Origin: an uncultured Chloroflexia bacterium
GTDB lineage: Bacteria > Chloroflexota > Limnocylindria > Limnocylindrales > CSP1-4
Assembly: GCA_963738685.1 (NCBI GenBank)
Contig: CAVTXK010000002.1
Location: 1,042,602-1,106,601 of the forward strand
Length of the DNA: 64,000 nucleotides
Reading direction: 5' to 3'
Numbering within the stretch: the first letter of the stretch is position 1; each line of letters opens with the position of its first letter. The notes under the pieces were generated by a model. That model searched no databases and had not been told where the DNA came from. It saw nothing but the letters and a program-made list of their open reading frames with translations. The translations under genes were made by a program, and so were the position numbers. Of this stretch, positions 1 through 8,677 are shown piece after piece.

Positions 1-791
1 CCGGCTCCTATGCCCGGCTCGAGTGGCCGGCGATGAACGCAGGTCATCTCGTCCCACGCCGCCGCACTCGCGTCCGCGAACTCGGCCGCCTTCCGGTCGA
101 AGAAGCTGTGTGGCGCACCGGGATAGGTCACGATCCGATGGTCGATGCCGGCTGCCGTGAGCCCGGCGTCGAACGCCGCCACGGCATCGGAGGAGATGCT
201 CTCGTCCGCGCCGCCGAACAGGCCCAGGACGGGCGACGCGATCGACCCGAGCATGTCCAGCGGCGCCGGGGCGTCGTTCCGCCATGGCCCCGCCAACGTC
301 CCGTACAGCCCGATGACCCCGGCCAGCTCGAGGCCCAGGGTCGCCGCCAGGAACGACATCCGCCCGCCCATGCAGAACCCGATCGTGAACACGGCCTGCG
401 GCCGCTCGTCGTCCGATCCGGGCTCGCCGCGGAGCGTGGCCACGGCGGCCTCGATGTCCGCGGAGATGCCGGCCCACGTCGTCTGTGCCACATGTGGCGG
501 GTTCGTGAAGTCGGCGCCCCGCCGGGCGGCCCCGGCCGTCCGCCCGAACCAGTCGATCGCGAGCGCCTCCACGCCCCGCTCCGCGAACCGCAGGGCGAGC
601 TCCTCGTAATACGGATGGAGGCCGCGGACATCGGGGAGCACGACCACCGCGGCACCGGTCGGCGAAGCCGGTCGCGCCCGGAACGCGGCGAACCGGTTGC
701 CGTCGTGGGCGACCAGCTCCACGAGGGTCCCATCCAGGGCGCCACCCGCGATCGGGGCGATCGGTGGTCGGCTGTCGTGATCGAAGCACAT
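1..791 (-). CDS. dienelactone hydrolase family protein (3' end runs off the window)
   Basis: Absent from the ORF track because there is no stop inside the window. Manual minus-strand translation from the ATG (complement of 789-791) reads MCFDHDSRPPIAPIAGG..VVVLPDVRGLHPYYEELALRFAERGVEALAIDWFGR..AVFTIGFCMGGRMSF..LGLFGGADESI..VTYPGAPHSFFD. This fits the DLH-family layout (G-x-C-x-G nucleophile elbow, late Asp, terminal His). GC3 is very high in this frame. Confidence 0.8.
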   Translation of the reverse strand, partial: MCFDHDSRPPIAPIAGGALDGTLVELVAHDGNRFAAFRARPASPTGAAVVVLPDVRGLHPYYEELALRFAERGVEALAIDWFGRTAGAARRGADFTNPPHVAQTTWAGISADIEAAVATLRGEPGSDDERPQAVFTIGFCMGGRMSFLAATLGLELAGVIGLYGTLAGPWRNDAPAPLDMLGSIASPVLGLFGGADESISSDAVAAFDAGLTAAGIDHRIVTYPGAPHSFFDRKAAEFADASAAAWDEMTCVHRRPLEPGIGA

Positions 792-857
792 GGCGGCGGT
801 CCTCTGAGCGGGTCGGTCGGGAGTGCCCGGAATCGTGCCACGATAGAATGACGGGCG

Positions 858-2120
858 ATGCCCAGGCCCCTCGTCGTCCAGAAGTTCGGTGGTTCGTCGG
901 TCGCCGGCGCCGACCGCATCAAGCGCGTCGCGCGGCGGATCGCGCGTGAGCGGGCCGCTGGCCACGACCTCGTGGTCGTGGTGTCCGCGATGGGCGATAC
1001 CACGGACGAGCTCCTCGGCCTCGCGGCCGCCGTCACGGACGACCCCGATCCTCGTGAGCTCGACGTGCTCCTCGCGACGGGCGAGCACCAGAGCGCGACC
1101 CTCGTCTCGATGGCGCTCCATGCCCTGGGCGTCCCGGCCCTCAGCCTGACCGGACCCCAGGCGGGGATCACGACCGACGGCACATACGGCCGTGCTCGGA
1201 TCGCGGGCATCGAGCCGCGCCGCGTCCGCGCCGAGCTCGAGGGGGGCAAGGTCGTGATCATCGCCGGGTTCCAGGGCCAGAGCGCGACGTCCGCGCTCGA
1301 CCAGGAGATCACGACCCTGGGCCGCGGCGGCAGCGACACGACGGCCGTGGCCCTGGCCGCGGCCCTGCGCGCCGACCGCTGCCAGATCTTCACCGACGTC
1401 CGTGGCATCTTCACGGCCGACCCACGCCTCGTCCCGAACGCCCGGCAGCTGCCGGTCATCGGCTACGAGGAGATGCTCGAGCTCGCCCACCAGGGCGCCC
1501 AGGTCATGCAGGTCCGGGCCGTCGAGCTCGGCTGGGTCAACGATGTCGTCATCGAGGTCCTGAGCTCGTTCGAGGACGCGCCCGGCACGCTCATCAAGGA
1601 GGACCCGCTCGTGGAGCAGCGCAACAAGGTCCGGGGGCTCGCTCACGACCGGAACGTCGCCAAGGTCACGGTCGTGGCGGTCCCGGACCGACCGGGCATC
1701 GCCCGGGCGATCTTCGACCCGCTCGCCGAGGCCGGCGTCAATATCGACCTCATCGTCCAGAACGTCGGCCACGGCGGCGAGACCGATCTGTCGTTCACGG
1801 TGCCCCAGGTCGAGCTCGGCAAGGCCAAGAAGGCGCTCGAGGCGGTCGTTCGCGAGCTCGGTGCGCGCGAGCTGACGACCGATGCGTCGGTCGCCAAGGT
1901 GAGCATCGTCGGCGCCGGTCTGCACAATGCCCCCGGCTACGCCGCCCGGATGTTCGGCACGCTCGCCGATGCCGGCGTGAACATCGAGATGATCTCGACC
2001 TCCGAGGTGCGCATCACCTGCATGATCGCCGAGGATGAGCTCGAGACCGCCCTGCGCGCCCTGCACGAAGCCTTCGAACTGGAGCGACCCGAGCCGATCG
2101 AGGTCGCGGCGGCCGGCTGA
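858..2120 (+). CDS. lysC: aspartate kinase
   Basis: 420-aa ORF with VVQKFGGSSV, VVVVSAMGDTTDELL and two C-terminal ACT-like repeats (VAKVTVVAVPDRPGIA.., VAKVSIVGAGL..). A TAGAAT -10-like hexamer at 844-849 lies only 8 nt before the ATG. Confidence 0.95.
   Translation: MPRPLVVQKFGGSSVAGADRIKRVARRIARERAAGHDLVVVVSAMGDTTDELLGLAAAVTDDPDPRELDVLLATGEHQSATLVSMALHALGVPALSLTGPQAGITTDGTYGRARIAGIEPRRVRAELEGGKVVIIAGFQGQSATSALDQEITTLGRGGSDTTAVALAAALRADRCQIFTDVRGIFTADPRLVPNARQLPVIGYEEMLELAHQGAQVMQVRAVELGWVNDVVIEVLSSFEDAPGTLIKEDPLVEQRNKVRGLAHDRNVAKVTVVAVPDRPGIARAIFDPLAEAGVNIDLIVQNVGHGGETDLSFTVPQVELGKAKKALEAVVRELGARELTTDASVAKVSIVGAGLHNAPGYAARMFGTLADAGVNIEMISTSEVRITCMIAEDELETALRALHEAFELERPEPIEVAAAG
1611..2120 (+). 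CDS. lysC: aspartate kinase beta subunit from an internal in-frame start (predicted)
   Basis: In-frame GTG at 1611 (codon 252) is preceded by AAGGAGG at 1596-1602 (8-nt spacing), just upstream of the first ACT domain. This matches the known nested lysC alpha/beta arrangement of Corynebacterium and Mycobacterium. Confidence 0.45.
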   Translation: MEQRNKVRGLAHDRNVAKVTVVAVPDRPGIARAIFDPLAEAGVNIDLIVQNVGHGGETDLSFTVPQVELGKAKKALEAVVRELGARELTTDASVAKVSIVGAGLHNAPGYAARMFGTLADAGVNIEMISTSEVRITCMIAEDELETALRALHEAFELERPEPIEVAAAG

Positions 2121-2134
2121 GCCGCACGACCCCA

Positions 2135-2968
2135 GTGACCGACTTCCTCGCTCGCCAGGAACGCTTCGCCGTCGTCGGCTCGACCAACGACGTGGTGCGC
2201 GGCTGGCTCGCGGACGGCACCCCGGAGGTCTGCCTCGCGATCGCCGACGAGCAGACCGCCGGCCGCGGGCGCGCCGGACGGACGTGGGTCGCCCCACGGG
2301 GCGCCGCCCTGCTCCTGTCGCTCGGATTCCGGCCGACCTGGTCGGCGCCGGAGCGGGTCTGGCGGCTGGCCGCGGCCGTCTCGCTGGCCATGGCCGACGC
2401 AGCCGAGGCGGCCGCCGGATCGCCGGTCGGGGCCATCAGCCTGAAATGGCCCAACGATCTCGTCACGGACGGGCCTGACGGCGTCCGCAAGCTCGGCGGC
2501 GTGTTGGGCGAGACCGACGGCCTCGGCGGGCCGGACCCGCGCGCGATCATCGGCATCGGCCTGAACACGGACTGGGCGGCCACGGCGTTCCCGCCGAACC
2601 TCGCGGGATCGATGACCTCGCTGCGCGAGGCCTCGGACGGTCGTCCGATCGACCACCGTCTCCTCCTCGACGCGTTCCTGGGCGGGCTCGACAGCCGGAT
2701 CCAGGCGCTCCGGGGCGACCGGTTCGACGACCTGGAGTGGGCTGGGCGGCAGGTGACCACCGGCCGCGCCGTGGAGCTCGTCGCCCCGGACGGGTCGGTC
2801 GAGACGGTACGGGCCGTCGGTGTCGACGCGGCAACCGGCGCCCTCCTGGTCGAGGATGACGGCGCGCCCGGAGGCGAGCGCCCGGTGCTTATCGGCGAGA
2901 TCCGCCACGCCCGGCTCACCGGCACGGACGCACCAGCCACGCCGGCGGCCACCGGGGCAGGGGTGTAA
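2135..2968 (+). CDS. birA: biotin--[acetyl-CoA-carboxylase] ligase (group I, no N-terminal HTH)
   Basis: 277 aa with GTG start. Has FAVVGSTNDV, ADEQTAGRGRAGRTW (GRGRxGR biotin-binding loop) and LKWPNDL. Confidence 0.9.
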   Translation: MTDFLARQERFAVVGSTNDVVRGWLADGTPEVCLAIADEQTAGRGRAGRTWVAPRGAALLLSLGFRPTWSAPERVWRLAAAVSLAMADAAEAAAGSPVGAISLKWPNDLVTDGPDGVRKLGGVLGETDGLGGPDPRAIIGIGLNTDWAATAFPPNLAGSMTSLREASDGRPIDHRLLLDAFLGGLDSRIQALRGDRFDDLEWAGRQVTTGRAVELVAPDGSVETVRAVGVDAATGALLVEDDGAPGGERPVLIGEIRHARLTGTDAPATPAATGAGV

Positions 2969-2972
2969 CGCG

Positions 2973-3623
2973 ATGGCTCGACCGGCATTCAGGAGAGTGG
3001 CACGGCCGGAGGAGGCCGCGCGCTCGCATCCCGCCCGCCTGGACCGCGACCGGTCGATGGTGGAGGAGGCGCGAGCGGACCCGGCGCGCTTCGACGCCCT
3101 GTATCGGAAGTACCTGGCCCAGGTGTACAGCTACGCGGTCTACGAGCTCGGCAATCATCACGACGCGGAGGACGCCACCGAGCGGACGTTCCTCTCTGCG
3201 CTGAGCGGCCTGCCACGGTTCGAGGAGCGGGCCGGCCCCGATGACCCGGAAGGTGCCTCCACGTTCCGCCTGTGGCTGTTCCGCATCGCACGCAACGTCG
3301 TGGCCGAGGGTCGCCGCGGCCGGCGTCGCCACCCCGAGGCGCCCCTGGACCTCCTCGCGGGCACACCCGACCCGGTCGACGTCGAAGGGACGATCGTCCG
3401 GCGCGAGGCGGCCACCGCGGCGCTCCTGGCGGTGGATCGGCTGGGCGGGGACCGACGGCGGGCCGTGATCCTGCGCTTCGTCCACGAACTGTCGACAGCG
3501 GAGATCGCGAGCGTGCTCGGCCGCTCCGAGGGGGCCGTCCGCGTCCTCATCCACCGGGGACTTCGGCGCGTGGCCGCCGACCTCCGCGAGACGGCGTCCG
3601 ACCCGGCCCGGGATCGCGGGTGA
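2973..3623 (+). CDS. ECF-type RNA polymerase sigma-70 factor
   Basis: Frame of ORF 2820..3623; the ATG at 2973 follows the birA stop. Region 2-like YSYAVYELGNHHDAEDATERTF and region 4 HTH LSTAEIASVLGRSEGAVRVLIHRGLRRV. An alternative start exists at 3057. Confidence 0.85.
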   Translation: MARPAFRRVARPEEAARSHPARLDRDRSMVEEARADPARFDALYRKYLAQVYSYAVYELGNHHDAEDATERTFLSALSGLPRFEERAGPDDPEGASTFRLWLFRIARNVVAEGRRGRRRHPEAPLDLLAGTPDPVDVEGTIVRREAATAALLAVDRLGGDRRRAVILRFVHELSTAEIASVLGRSEGAVRVLIHRGLRRVAADLRETASDPARDRG

Positions 3624-4084
3624 CCCGCCCCGAGGCGGGGCGCGACGGAGAGAACGAAGCTTTCGTCGTCGACCGCTATCTCGACTCGTTGCTCGCTCGG
3701 CGACCGACGGACGATGCGGGAGTCGGGCCGGAGCTGCGGCGCACCGCCGAGCTGTTGGCGATGGGCCTGCCGCGGTACCACCCGTCCTTCCGGTTCGAAG
3801 AGCGACTTGCGGCCCGCCTGGAGGCCATCGCTGCCGGCGGGCAAGGCCGGCCGGCGCCCGACGGCACGGTGATCCCGTTTCCGCTGCCCGCCGCGGACCG
3901 TGCTGAGCGCATCGGCCTCGCGGCTCGACCGGCCCAGGTCCACCCGATGGTGATCGGTGGCGTCCTGACGTCCGCGGCCATCTCGCTGGCGGGGGCCGCC
4001 TACGTCGCCTGGCGCCGCAGCCACAACCCGACCGAACCGATGCTCCGCGCCGTGCGAGCGGTCGCTCGCGGATGGATCGCCTGA
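3620..4084 (+). CDS. putative anti-sigma factor / membrane protein
   Basis: GTG at 3620 overlaps the sigma stop (GTGA), in the frame of ORF 3272..4084. High GC3 and one C-terminal TM helix (VIGGVLTSAAISLAGAAYVAW). Function is inferred only from its position next to the sigma factor. Confidence 0.55.
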   Translation: MTRPEAGRDGENEAFVVDRYLDSLLARRPTDDAGVGPELRRTAELLAMGLPRYHPSFRFEERLAARLEAIAAGGQGRPAPDGTVIPFPLPAADRAERIGLAARPAQVHPMVIGGVLTSAAISLAGAAYVAWRRSHNPTEPMLRAVRAVARGWIA

Positions 4085-6072
4085 TGCCACTCAAGTTGCC
4101 CTCGTTCCGGGCCCGCCGCGACGTCTACCCGCCCGACCTGTGGACCCAGTGCCCGACTTGTTCGACGATGCTGTTCAACAAGCAGCTCGAGAAGAACCTG
4201 CGGGTCTGCACCACCTGCGGTCACCACTTCCGCCTGTCAGCCGCGGCCCGCCTCGCCCATCTCCTCGACCCGGGCACCTGGACGGAGCGGGACCCCGGAC
4301 TCCAGTCGGTCGACGCGCTCGGCTTCGTCGACCAGAAGCCGTATCCCGACCGGCTGGCCGCCGCGCAGCTCGCGACCGGGATGCGCGACGCCGCGGTGTG
4401 GGGCATCGGGGCGATCGGTGACACCGACGTGGCGCTGTGCGTCATGGACTTCGGGTTCATGGGCGGCTCGATGGGCGCGGTCGTCGGCGAGAAGGTGACC
4501 CGTGCCGCCGAGCACGCACTCGTCGCCCGGATGCCACTGGTCATCGTGAGCGCCTCCGGCGGCGCGCGGATGCAGGAGGGCACGCTCGCGCTCATGCAGC
4601 TGGCCAAGACCCTGGCCGCACTGGAGCGTCTCCGCGCGGGCGGGGTGCCCTACATCTCGGTGCTGTCCGACCCGACGACCGGTGGCGTCTTCGCGTCCTT
4701 TGCCGCGGTCGGCGACGTGAACCTGGCCGAACCCGACGCCCTGATCGGCTTCGCGGGTGCCCGGGTCACCGCCGGCACGATCGCCGCCGAGTTGCCGCCC
4801 GGCTTCCAGCGCGCGGAATTCCTGTTCAGCCACGGCTTCGTGGACCGGGTCGTGGCGCGGTCGGACCTCCGGGACGAGATCGCCGACCTGCTCCGCCTGC
4901 TCCCGGCGCGGGGGTCCTTCGCCCCGCTCGCCGATCCGGACGAAGACCTGCCCGCCTTCCGGCCGCTGTCGTTCCTCTCCACGATCGCCGATCGCGTCGG
5001 AGAGTTCGCCACGGGCGATGGCAACGGCGCCTCGGAGCCGGCCGCGACCACGCCCCCGGCCCCGGTCCCCGCCACGGACGCGATGTCCGGCCTGGAACCC
5101 TCCACGCCCCTGTCACCCGAGGCCGCGTCCGCGGCGCGGGACGACGTGTGGGCTCGGGTCCAGCTCGCCAGGACGCTGCGGCGGCCGCGGACCCTCGAAT
5201 TCGTCGAGGCCATGGCGGACCAATTCATCGAACTGCACGGCGACCGGCTGTTCGGCGACGATGACGCGATGGTCACGGGCCTCGCCCGCATCGGTGGCCG
5301 GCGGGTCGTCGTCGTCGGACAGCAGAAGGGCGCCGACACGGACGAGAACATCCGGCGCAACTTCGGGATGCCCCATCCCGAGGGCTACCGCAAGGCCATG
5401 CGGGTCATGGAGCTCGCCGAACGGCTCGGGTTGCCGGTCGTCACGTTCGTGGACGTGCCGGGCGCCCACCCCGGCCCGGAGTCCGAGGAGCGTGGCATCG
5501 CCGAGGCCATCGCCCGCTCGATCGGACTCATGAGTCGCCTGCGGACGCCCATCGTCAGCGTCATCACCGGCGAGGGTGGCTCCGGCGGTGCGCTCGCGAT
5601 CGCGGTCGGGGACGTCGTGATCGCGCTCGAGAACGCGGTCTACTCTGTGATCAGCCCCGAAGGCTGCGCCTCGATCCTGTGGCGGACGTCGGACGCGGCG
5701 GCGGCCGCCGCAGCGGCGATGCGCATGTCCGCCCAGGACCAGCACGCGCTCGGAGTCATCGACATCGTCGTCCCCGAGCCCGGCGAGGGAGCGCACGCTG
5801 AACCCGAGGAGACCGCCAAACGCCTCAAGACCATCATCCTCGACCGGCTCGAGGCCCTCGATGCGCTCTCGATGGACGCGCTCGTCGAATCGCGCTACCG
5901 ACGCTACCGGGCCCTGGGCGCCTACACTGAGGTCGCCCAGCCCGACGTTCCTGCGCGCGTCGACCGGCGTCTGACGGACCGCCTACGCGATCTGCTGGAA
6001 CCGGCTCGTCGCGGCATGGCCGGGCCTGAGAGCTGGTCGCGCGACGATCCGCCGGCCCGCGAGGAGGTCTAG
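4084..6072 (+). CDS. accDA: acetyl-CoA carboxylase carboxyltransferase, fused beta (AccD) and alpha (AccA) subunits
   Basis: The N-terminal half has the AccD zinc ribbon CPTCSTMLF..CTTCGHHF and MDFGFMGGSMG. After a P/A-rich linker, the C-terminal half has AccA motifs LHGDRLFGDDDAMV, NFGMPHPEGYRKAMRVMELAERLGLPVVTFVDVPGA and GEGGSGGALA. The ATG at 4084 overlaps the upstream stop (TGATG); an ATG at 4072 is an alternative start. Confidence 0.9.
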   Translation: MPLKLPSFRARRDVYPPDLWTQCPTCSTMLFNKQLEKNLRVCTTCGHHFRLSAAARLAHLLDPGTWTERDPGLQSVDALGFVDQKPYPDRLAAAQLATGMRDAAVWGIGAIGDTDVALCVMDFGFMGGSMGAVVGEKVTRAAEHALVARMPLVIVSASGGARMQEGTLALMQLAKTLAALERLRAGGVPYISVLSDPTTGGVFASFAAVGDVNLAEPDALIGFAGARVTAGTIAAELPPGFQRAEFLFSHGFVDRVVARSDLRDEIADLLRLLPARGSFAPLADPDEDLPAFRPLSFLSTIADRVGEFATGDGNGASEPAATTPPAPVPATDAMSGLEPSTPLSPEAASAARDDVWARVQLARTLRRPRTLEFVEAMADQFIELHGDRLFGDDDAMVTGLARIGGRRVVVVGQQKGADTDENIRRNFGMPHPEGYRKAMRVMELAERLGLPVVTFVDVPGAHPGPESEERGIAEAIARSIGLMSRLRTPIVSVITGEGGSGGALAIAVGDVVIALENAVYSVISPEGCASILWRTSDAAAAAAAAMRMSAQDQHALGVIDIVVPEPGEGAHAEPEETAKRLKTIILDRLEALDALSMDALVESRYRRYRALGAYTEVAQPDVPARVDRRLTDRLRDLLEPARRGMAGPESWSRDDPPAREEV

Positions 6073-6075
6073 CGA

Positions 6076-6669
6076 GTGCCCGAGCCGCTCCCGTCCGACG
6101 CCCGCCCACCCGACCGCACGGCCGCTGAACGTGGCGCGGACCACGCCGCCATCGACCGGTTGGCCGCGGAGCTGCTGCCCGCGCTCATCGGCAAGCTCGG
6201 TGCGAGCGGTCTGGGCGAGCTCGAGGTCCGCGAGGGCGCCTGGCGAGTCCGGCTCCGCCGACCTGCCGGGGGAGGGCCGTCCACGCCGACCGCCTCGACG
6301 CGCGAGCGACGCCCCGGCGAGCGTGGGTCGGGCGAGCGCGGGGCTGACCGTCCGCCCGAACGCGCCCAGCGCGCCGTCCATCATCCGCTCGAGGCCACGA
6401 CGACGCGCAGCGATCGCAACGTGGCCACCTCGCCGGCCGTCGGCACGTACCAGCCCCGTGCCGAGGTCTCGGCCGGGACCCGGGTCCGCGCCGGCGATCG
6501 TCTCGGTGCCGTCGACATGCTGGGCGTGGCCCAGGAGGTCGTCGCTCCGGTCGACGGGATCGTCGGCGCGAGCCTCGTGGAGCCGGGCGACGCGGTCGAG
6601 TACGGCCAGGCACTGCTGGTCATCGAGTTCGGCCCGATCACGATGTCCACGAACGGCACGGGCGCCTGA
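6076..6669 (+). CDS. BCCP-like protein lacking the biotinyl-lysine
   Basis: Co-linear with AccB: N-terminal IDRLAAELLPALIGKLGASGLGELEVREGAWRVRLRR and a C-terminal lipoyl/biotinyl fold VATSPAVGTYQP..GDRLGAVDMLGVAQEVVAPVDGIV..GQALLVIE. The E-A-M-K-M position reads D-M-L-G-V, so no Lys is present. Confidence 0.8.
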   Translation: MPEPLPSDARPPDRTAAERGADHAAIDRLAAELLPALIGKLGASGLGELEVREGAWRVRLRRPAGGGPSTPTASTRERRPGERGSGERGADRPPERAQRAVHHPLEATTTRSDRNVATSPAVGTYQPRAEVSAGTRVRAGDRLGAVDMLGVAQEVVAPVDGIVGASLVEPGDAVEYGQALLVIEFGPITMSTNGTGA

Positions 6670-8039
6670 TGTTCCGCAAGGTCCTCATCGCCAACCGCGG
6701 GGAGATCGCGCTGCGGATCCTGCGCGCGTGCCGCGCGCTCGGCGCCGAGGCGGTCATCGCCTACAGCGAGGCCGACCGCGAGTCGCTGCCGGTCGGGCTG
6801 GCGGACGAAGCGATCTGCATCGGGCCCGCGGACGCGAAGCGGTCGTACCTGTCGGCGCCGGCCGTCATCTCGGCCGCGCTGGTCACGGGCTGCGACGCCA
6901 TCCATCCCGGCTACGGCTTCCTCAGCGAGGACGAGGGCTTCGCCGAGGTGGTGGCCGCCCACGACCTGACGTTCATCGGGCCACCGGCCAACGTCCTGGA
7001 GCGTTTCGCGAGCAAGGCCGGCACGCGGCAGCTGCTCGGCGCCCACGGGTTGCCCACGATCCCGGGCTCGGACGGGATGCTGCGGGACGACCTGCACGCC
7101 CTGAGCGAGGCCGACCGGATCGGCTACCCGATCCTGGTCAAGCCCTCGGCCGGTGGCGGCGGCAAGGGCATGCGCATGGTTCGCACGGCGCGCGAGCTGG
7201 AGTCGGTGCTCGGGGTCTGCCGGAGCGAGGCCAAGGCCGCCTTCGGCGACGACTCGCTGTACCTCGAGAAGTGGCTCGACGAGAACCGCCATGTCGAGGT
7301 CCAGGTCGCGGTCGATCGGTATGGCCATGGCATCCACCTGGGTGAGCGCGACTGCTCGGTCCAGCGCCGTCATCAGAAGATCCTGGAAGAGGCACCCACG
7401 CCGGCGCTCTCGGAAGCGGCCCGGGCCGACCTCGCGGAGCGCGCGGTACGGGCCGTGGTCGCGGCCGGCTACGAGAACGTCGGCACCCTGGAGTTCCTCG
7501 TGGACCGGGCGGGCGACTTCTTCTTCATCGAGATCAACTGCCGCATCCAGGTCGAGCACCCGGTGACGGAGATGCTCACCGGCGTCGATCTCGTGGCCAC
7601 CCAGATGCGGATCGCCGCGGGCGAGCCGCTCGGCATGACCCAGGCCGACATCGAGTTCCGCGGTCACGCCATCGAGTTCCGGATCAACGCCGAGGACCCG
7701 GAGCACGAATTCCGGCCCGGCGCCGGTCTCGTGGAGCGCTACCTCGCGCCCGGCGGCCCGGGCGTGCGGATGGACTCCCATCTGTACAGCGGGTACGACG
7801 TGCCGCCGTATTACGACTCGCTGCTGGGCAAACTCGTCGTGTGGGGCCCCGACCGGGCGACCGCCATCGCCCGCGGCCGCGTCGCGCTCGAGGAGCTGGT
7901 CATCGACGGGCTCGTCACGAATGTCGAGATCCACAAGGCGCTCCTCAGCTCGCAGACGTTCCTCGATGGCGAGATGACGACCAACCTGCTCGACCGGGTG
8001 GGAAGCGCCGCATTCCTGGCGGCGGCCGCGCGCGTGTGA
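6669..8039 (+). CDS. accC: acetyl-CoA carboxylase biotin carboxylase subunit
   Basis: 456 aa. Has MFRKVLIANRGEIALRILRACRALG, the ATP-grasp segment PILVKPSAGGGGKGMR, and EINCRIQVEHPVTE. The start overlaps the upstream stop (TGATG). Confidence 0.95.
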   Translation: MFRKVLIANRGEIALRILRACRALGAEAVIAYSEADRESLPVGLADEAICIGPADAKRSYLSAPAVISAALVTGCDAIHPGYGFLSEDEGFAEVVAAHDLTFIGPPANVLERFASKAGTRQLLGAHGLPTIPGSDGMLRDDLHALSEADRIGYPILVKPSAGGGGKGMRMVRTARELESVLGVCRSEAKAAFGDDSLYLEKWLDENRHVEVQVAVDRYGHGIHLGERDCSVQRRHQKILEEAPTPALSEAARADLAERAVRAVVAAGYENVGTLEFLVDRAGDFFFIEINCRIQVEHPVTEMLTGVDLVATQMRIAAGEPLGMTQADIEFRGHAIEFRINAEDPEHEFRPGAGLVERYLAPGGPGVRMDSHLYSGYDVPPYYDSLLGKLVVWGPDRATAIARGRVALEELVIDGLVTNVEIHKALLSSQTFLDGEMTTNLLDRVGSAAFLAAAARV

Positions 8040-8137
8040 CTCGCCTCCCGGGTGCCGGCATGCAGACCTGCATAGGCTTTCCCGCAGGCGGGCGCTCACG
8101 TCGGCCAGACTGACCATCACATGACCTGGAGTTGCCC

Positions 8138-8677
8138 ATGACCGACGCGATCACCGAGACCCCCGAGACGCCCCCGGCCGAGACGCCACCGGCGCCTGCT
8201 GCGCCCGAGGCGGCCACCCGAACGGACGGGACGATCCACACCGTCCGCGAGATCGAGTCCCTGATCCCGCATCGCCACCCGTTCCTGCTCGTTGACCGGA
8301 TCGTCGAGTACGACCCCGAGGCCAAGCGGATCGTCGGCCTCAAGGGCGTCACCGCCACCGAGTGGTACTTCGCGGGGCACTTCCCGGGCCTGCCGGTCAT
8401 GCCGGGCGTCCTCCAGGTCGAGGCACTCGCCCAGACGATGGCCGTGTACGTCGCCAAGCAGCCCGGCTTCGGCGATCGGATCGGTCTCTTCGCGGGCATC
8501 GACGAGGTCCGGTTCAAGCGCATCGTCACCCCCGGCGACACGCTCCGCCTCGAGGTCACGATGGAGAAGCTCGGCTCGCGCTTCGGACGCGGACGCGGTG
8601 TCGCCAGCGTCGACGGCGAGGTCGCCTGCGAGGGCTTGCTGAGCTTCATCATCCCGCCGGCCGGGGTCCTGCGATGA
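8138..8677 (+). CDS. fabZ: 3-hydroxyacyl-ACP dehydratase FabZ with a P/T/A-rich N-terminal extension
   Basis: Hot-dog motifs IPHRHPFLLVDRI and HFPGLPVMPGVLQVEALAQ. ATG at 8138 has GGAG 7 nt upstream; the track ORF begins at TTG 8132. Confidence 0.9.
   Translation: MTDAITETPETPPAETPPAPAAPEAATRTDGTIHTVREIESLIPHRHPFLLVDRIVEYDPEAKRIVGLKGVTATEWYFAGHFPGLPVMPGVLQVEALAQTMAVYVAKQPGFGDRIGLFAGIDEVRFKRIVTPGDTLRLEVTMEKLGSRFGRGRGVASVDGEVACEGLLSFIIPPAGVLR

Noticed and set aside
6381-8120. Very long ORFs antisense to or overlapping real genes: 6381..8120(-) 579 aa, 54949..57558(-) 869 aa, 30867..33266(-) 799 aa, 128..1459(-) 443 aa, and the first 664 codons of 28998..33170(+).
   Set aside because: These are Arg/Pro/Gly/Ser-rich, motif-free translations lying opposite or out of frame to genes with clear family signatures (accC, acs, GGDEF, lysC, GT4/GT2). 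Such shadow ORFs are expected in about 70% GC DNA, where stop codons are rare.
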